55,391 nucleotides of DNA from Octopus bimaculoides (taxonomy: Eukaryota). The DNA lies in NCBI RefSeq assembly GCF_001194135.2, contig NC_068994.1:60339814-60395204 (forward strand), in the 5' to 3' direction. The notes under the pieces were generated by a model, which ran no database searches, was not told where the DNA came from, and saw only the letters and a program-made list of their open reading frames with translations. Made by a program: the position numbers and the translations under genes. This document shows positions 52,570-55,391 of the stretch, in pieces (position 1 is the stretch's first letter; each line of letters opens with the position of its first letter).

Positions 52570-54862
52570 TTAAGCCCTGTCTACGAAATACTCGTTTCAA
52601 GATAGATTGTTCAATTCTTCGAGCTTCAAATGCTTTACATCTATTGTAGATCATTTGTTTCCAAATCGATCGATCTTGCGTCATCTGCTCACATTAAGAG
52701 CCTTAAGGTTTCTTTTGACAGCATCCCTAAAACGTTTCCTAAGTCTATTTCTCGGATGTTTCCTACGCTGCAACTTCCCGTAAAACAACTGCTTTGGCAA
52801 CCTGTCATCCTGCATCCTAGCAAGGTGAGCACCCCAACGCGTCTGATTGTGTATGAGGACCATTTCAATACTGGATGTGTTAGCTTGCTGAAGAACAATG
52901 GTATCTGGTGTTAAAGACTTCCATTTGATGTCTGGTATCCTCCTTAGGCAAGTCTGATTGAATCTTTCTAAAGCCTTGATGTGGTATGTGGTGCCGACAT
53001 ATCGTCAAGGTCTCAGAAGAGTACTGGAAGACCGTTAAAATGCAAGATTCATAGATACTGAGCTTGGTTTTGAAGGTGATACCTCTATCAGACCACACAC
53101 ACGATTTTCAGCCTTCCAAGGGATCCATCTCTAGAGAGAGTGCTGCCAAGGTAGATGAACGAGAATCAACCACATCTAATCTTGTACCCTGGACAAAGAT
53201 GTTAAGTTCCACATAGGGTTGACCTGGAGGCTGAGAGAACGTGATCTTTGTTTTCTTTAAACTGATGGTAAGTCCAAAAGCAATAAAAACTCTAAAGAGA
53301 TCCAATATAGCCAGCATATCCTCCTCGGTGCGAGCAACCAGAACTACATCATCATCATAAAGGAACTCTCAAACAAGAGCCTGGAATGTCTTCGACTTTG
53401 CATTAAGGTGTTTAACATCAAAGACCTTACCTGTGGTTCTGAAGCGAATATAGACGCCAATATCACCGTCGTGGAAAGCGTGCAAGATAGTTACAGCAAA
53501 ATAAAGTGTCTGATGCAGCAATATCACCTTGCTTAACTCCGTTATCGATGGAAATTGGTTCCGATAGTGACCCATTGAAGTTAAGACGAGCTTTCATATC
53601 ACTAAGAAGTTTCTTAAACAAGTTGAGAAATTTAGGTGGGCCTCCAAGTCTACCAAGAATGGTTCAGAAAACGGTTCTATTAACAGTGTCAAAGGCTTTT
53701 GTTAAATCGACAAATACCTGGTAAAGAGCTATGCAATGTTCGATGCATTTCTCCTGAGTTGACGAGCAGAAAAAATCATGTCCACTGTGCCACGACTTGA
53801 TCTAAAACCACACTGACCCTCCAGGATGACAGAGGGACATATCTATATTGTTTAGTAAATGTAAGTCTTGTAAAATTAAGTAAAAGTTTTGTAAAAATTT
53901 TACTGACTATTTCAAGCAGGCTTATTATACCTCTGTAATTACCACACTCGGATTTAGGTCCGTTTCCTTTGAATAATGAAATTAAAATGGCATCAACCCA
54001 GTCCTGGGGAACAGGAGCACTCAACCAGACCAGATGTCTGATATTAGATGGTGGATCTCTACAGCAAGCCTATTACCCCCGTGGAGGAGAATTTCTACAG
54101 GAATACCATCAAAATGTGATGCCTTCCCAGTATTTAATACTTTGATTGTCTTTTTTGATCTCATCTCTAGTTGGATGTTCCATCATCTCGTGAATGATTT
54201 TCTTTTGGGGCAGATTACTGATGACATTTTCATCAATAACTGAAGGATTATGAAAGAGATCAGTCCAACCCTCATGATCCTTGAAGAGAAAGCAGCTGTC
54301 TTTAGACTTCAGTGGTACCACAAATGAACTCCGAGGACCAAACACTTGTCCGATCAAGCGATATACTCTTTTCAGGTTTTTACTGTTATACGTTTTCTGG
54401 ATTTTTTCTGACTACCATTTGTTTTTCATTTGTCGTATCTTTCTTTGGAGTAATGATTTTATCCCTTTGAGAGACTGAAGTAAGGGATTTTTATCCTCAT
54501 CTGGGGCACCGAAGTATTTTTGGTGCAACTTATTTTTATCTTCAAGAAGTTTATTGATCTGTTGATCGTTTTCATCGAACCAGTCCCGATATTTTCTGTT
54601 TCTGAGACCAAGGGCCTCAACTCCAACATTGTAATTAGCAGTCTTAAACTGGGCTCAAGTTCCATCAAATTCCGATTCTCCAATAGCATTTCTAAGATTC
54701 GCCTGCACCTTAGACATTCTTAATTTCAACACATCAATACGTTTTGGGACTTTTATCACTCCAGATCTTATTCTACGCATGATGCGGTGTTTCAATTTAC
54801 CGCTTATGAGCAAATGGTCAGTCCCACATTTTGCATCTCGCATAACTCGGACAGTACACGTT
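52568..54862 (-). mobile_element. RTE-clade LINE remnant from the end of the AP endonuclease through the RT to the C-terminus; frameshifted and deleted
   Basis: TVRVMRDAKCGTDHLLI..KYRDWFDEND..VPQDWVDAILISLFKG..CGNYRGI..FVDLTKAFDTV..LYDDD..FGLTISLKKTK..TKLSIY..HLARMQDDRLPKQLFYG..QDRSIW. Confidence 0.93.
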
Positions 54863-54866
54863 GCTG

Positions 54867-55391
54867 CGCCGGGCAAGTTCTTGTGGGGCCGGTCATCTTC
54901 TTGCGGTGCCGAGCACCAGCGCCGCAAGAACGTGCCCGGCTCGGAAGAACATGTCCTGCGCCAAAAGAACGTGCCTGGCGCCGAAAGAACGGGCCTGGGG
55001 CCGCAAGACAGTACCTGGTGTCGCAAGAACGTGTCTGGCGCGGCAAGAACTTAACTGGTGTGGCAACAACGTGATCAATGACGCAAGAACGTACCTGACG
55101 CCGCAACAACGTACCTGGGGCCACAATAACATGCCTGGAACCGAGAGAACGTGTCCGGGGACAGAAGAACGTACCTGGTGCCACAAGGATGTGCCTACGG
55201 CCGCAAGTACTTACCTGGCATCGCTAGAACGTGCCCGGGGCCGTAACTACGTGCCTGGGGCCGCAAGTACGTGCTCGGGGCCGTAAGGATGTGCCTAGGG
55301 CCGCAAGAACGTGCCCGGGGCAATAAGTTTGTCCGCAAGAACGTGCCCGGCACCGCAAGAATGTGCCCAGCACCGCAAATACATGTCCCAG
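54867..55391. repeat. GC-rich 20-bp minisatellite, consensus CCGCAAGAACGTGCCTGGGG: 2.5 inverted units, then ~23 direct units; runs off the window
   Basis: Inverted units at 54867-54916; direct units from 54922; exact 20-bp phase 54941-55320; a 12-bp break; phase resumes at 55333. Confidence 0.95.

Noticed and set aside
54779-55286. Overlapping 90-140 aa ORFs on both strands
   Set aside because: The 20-bp repeat consensus lacks stops; the period is not a multiple of 3 and the ORFs are open in several frames.
54922-55391. CRISPR-like array
   Set aside because: Units are contiguous with no unique spacers; eukaryotic context and no cas genes.

Overview
AT-rich animal genomic DNA, saturated with (AT)n, (AC)n, (AG)n and (TGTA)n microsatellites and broken by 11 N-gaps. 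The SINE families and repeat landscape look like an octopus (coleoid cephalopod) draft scaffold; this is inferred from recalled repeat families, not from a database search. I could not identify a host protein-coding exon or RNA gene, so the window is intronic or intergenic. Nearly all ORFs in the supplied track are microsatellite or N artefacts. The recognisable coding remnants all come from transposons: Dong/R4-type, HERO-type, RTE and CR1-type LINEs, a Penelope-like RT, mariner and Tc1/maT-like transposases, plus several SINE families. The most interesting observations are: (1) a 626-bp near-perfect foldback (285-bp arms, 3 mismatches) whose arms carry a hammerhead-ribozyme-like fold, one copy per strand; (2) a separate minimal Penelope-type hammerhead motif at 28120-28156; (3) a strictly phased, GC-rich 20-bp minisatellite with an internal polarity switch, fused to an RTE endonuclease remnant at the right edge; (4) three diverged ~78-bp modules downstream of a CCAAT + RFX X-box cluster; (5) a CR1 3' end identical in type to the tail of a local SINE family.
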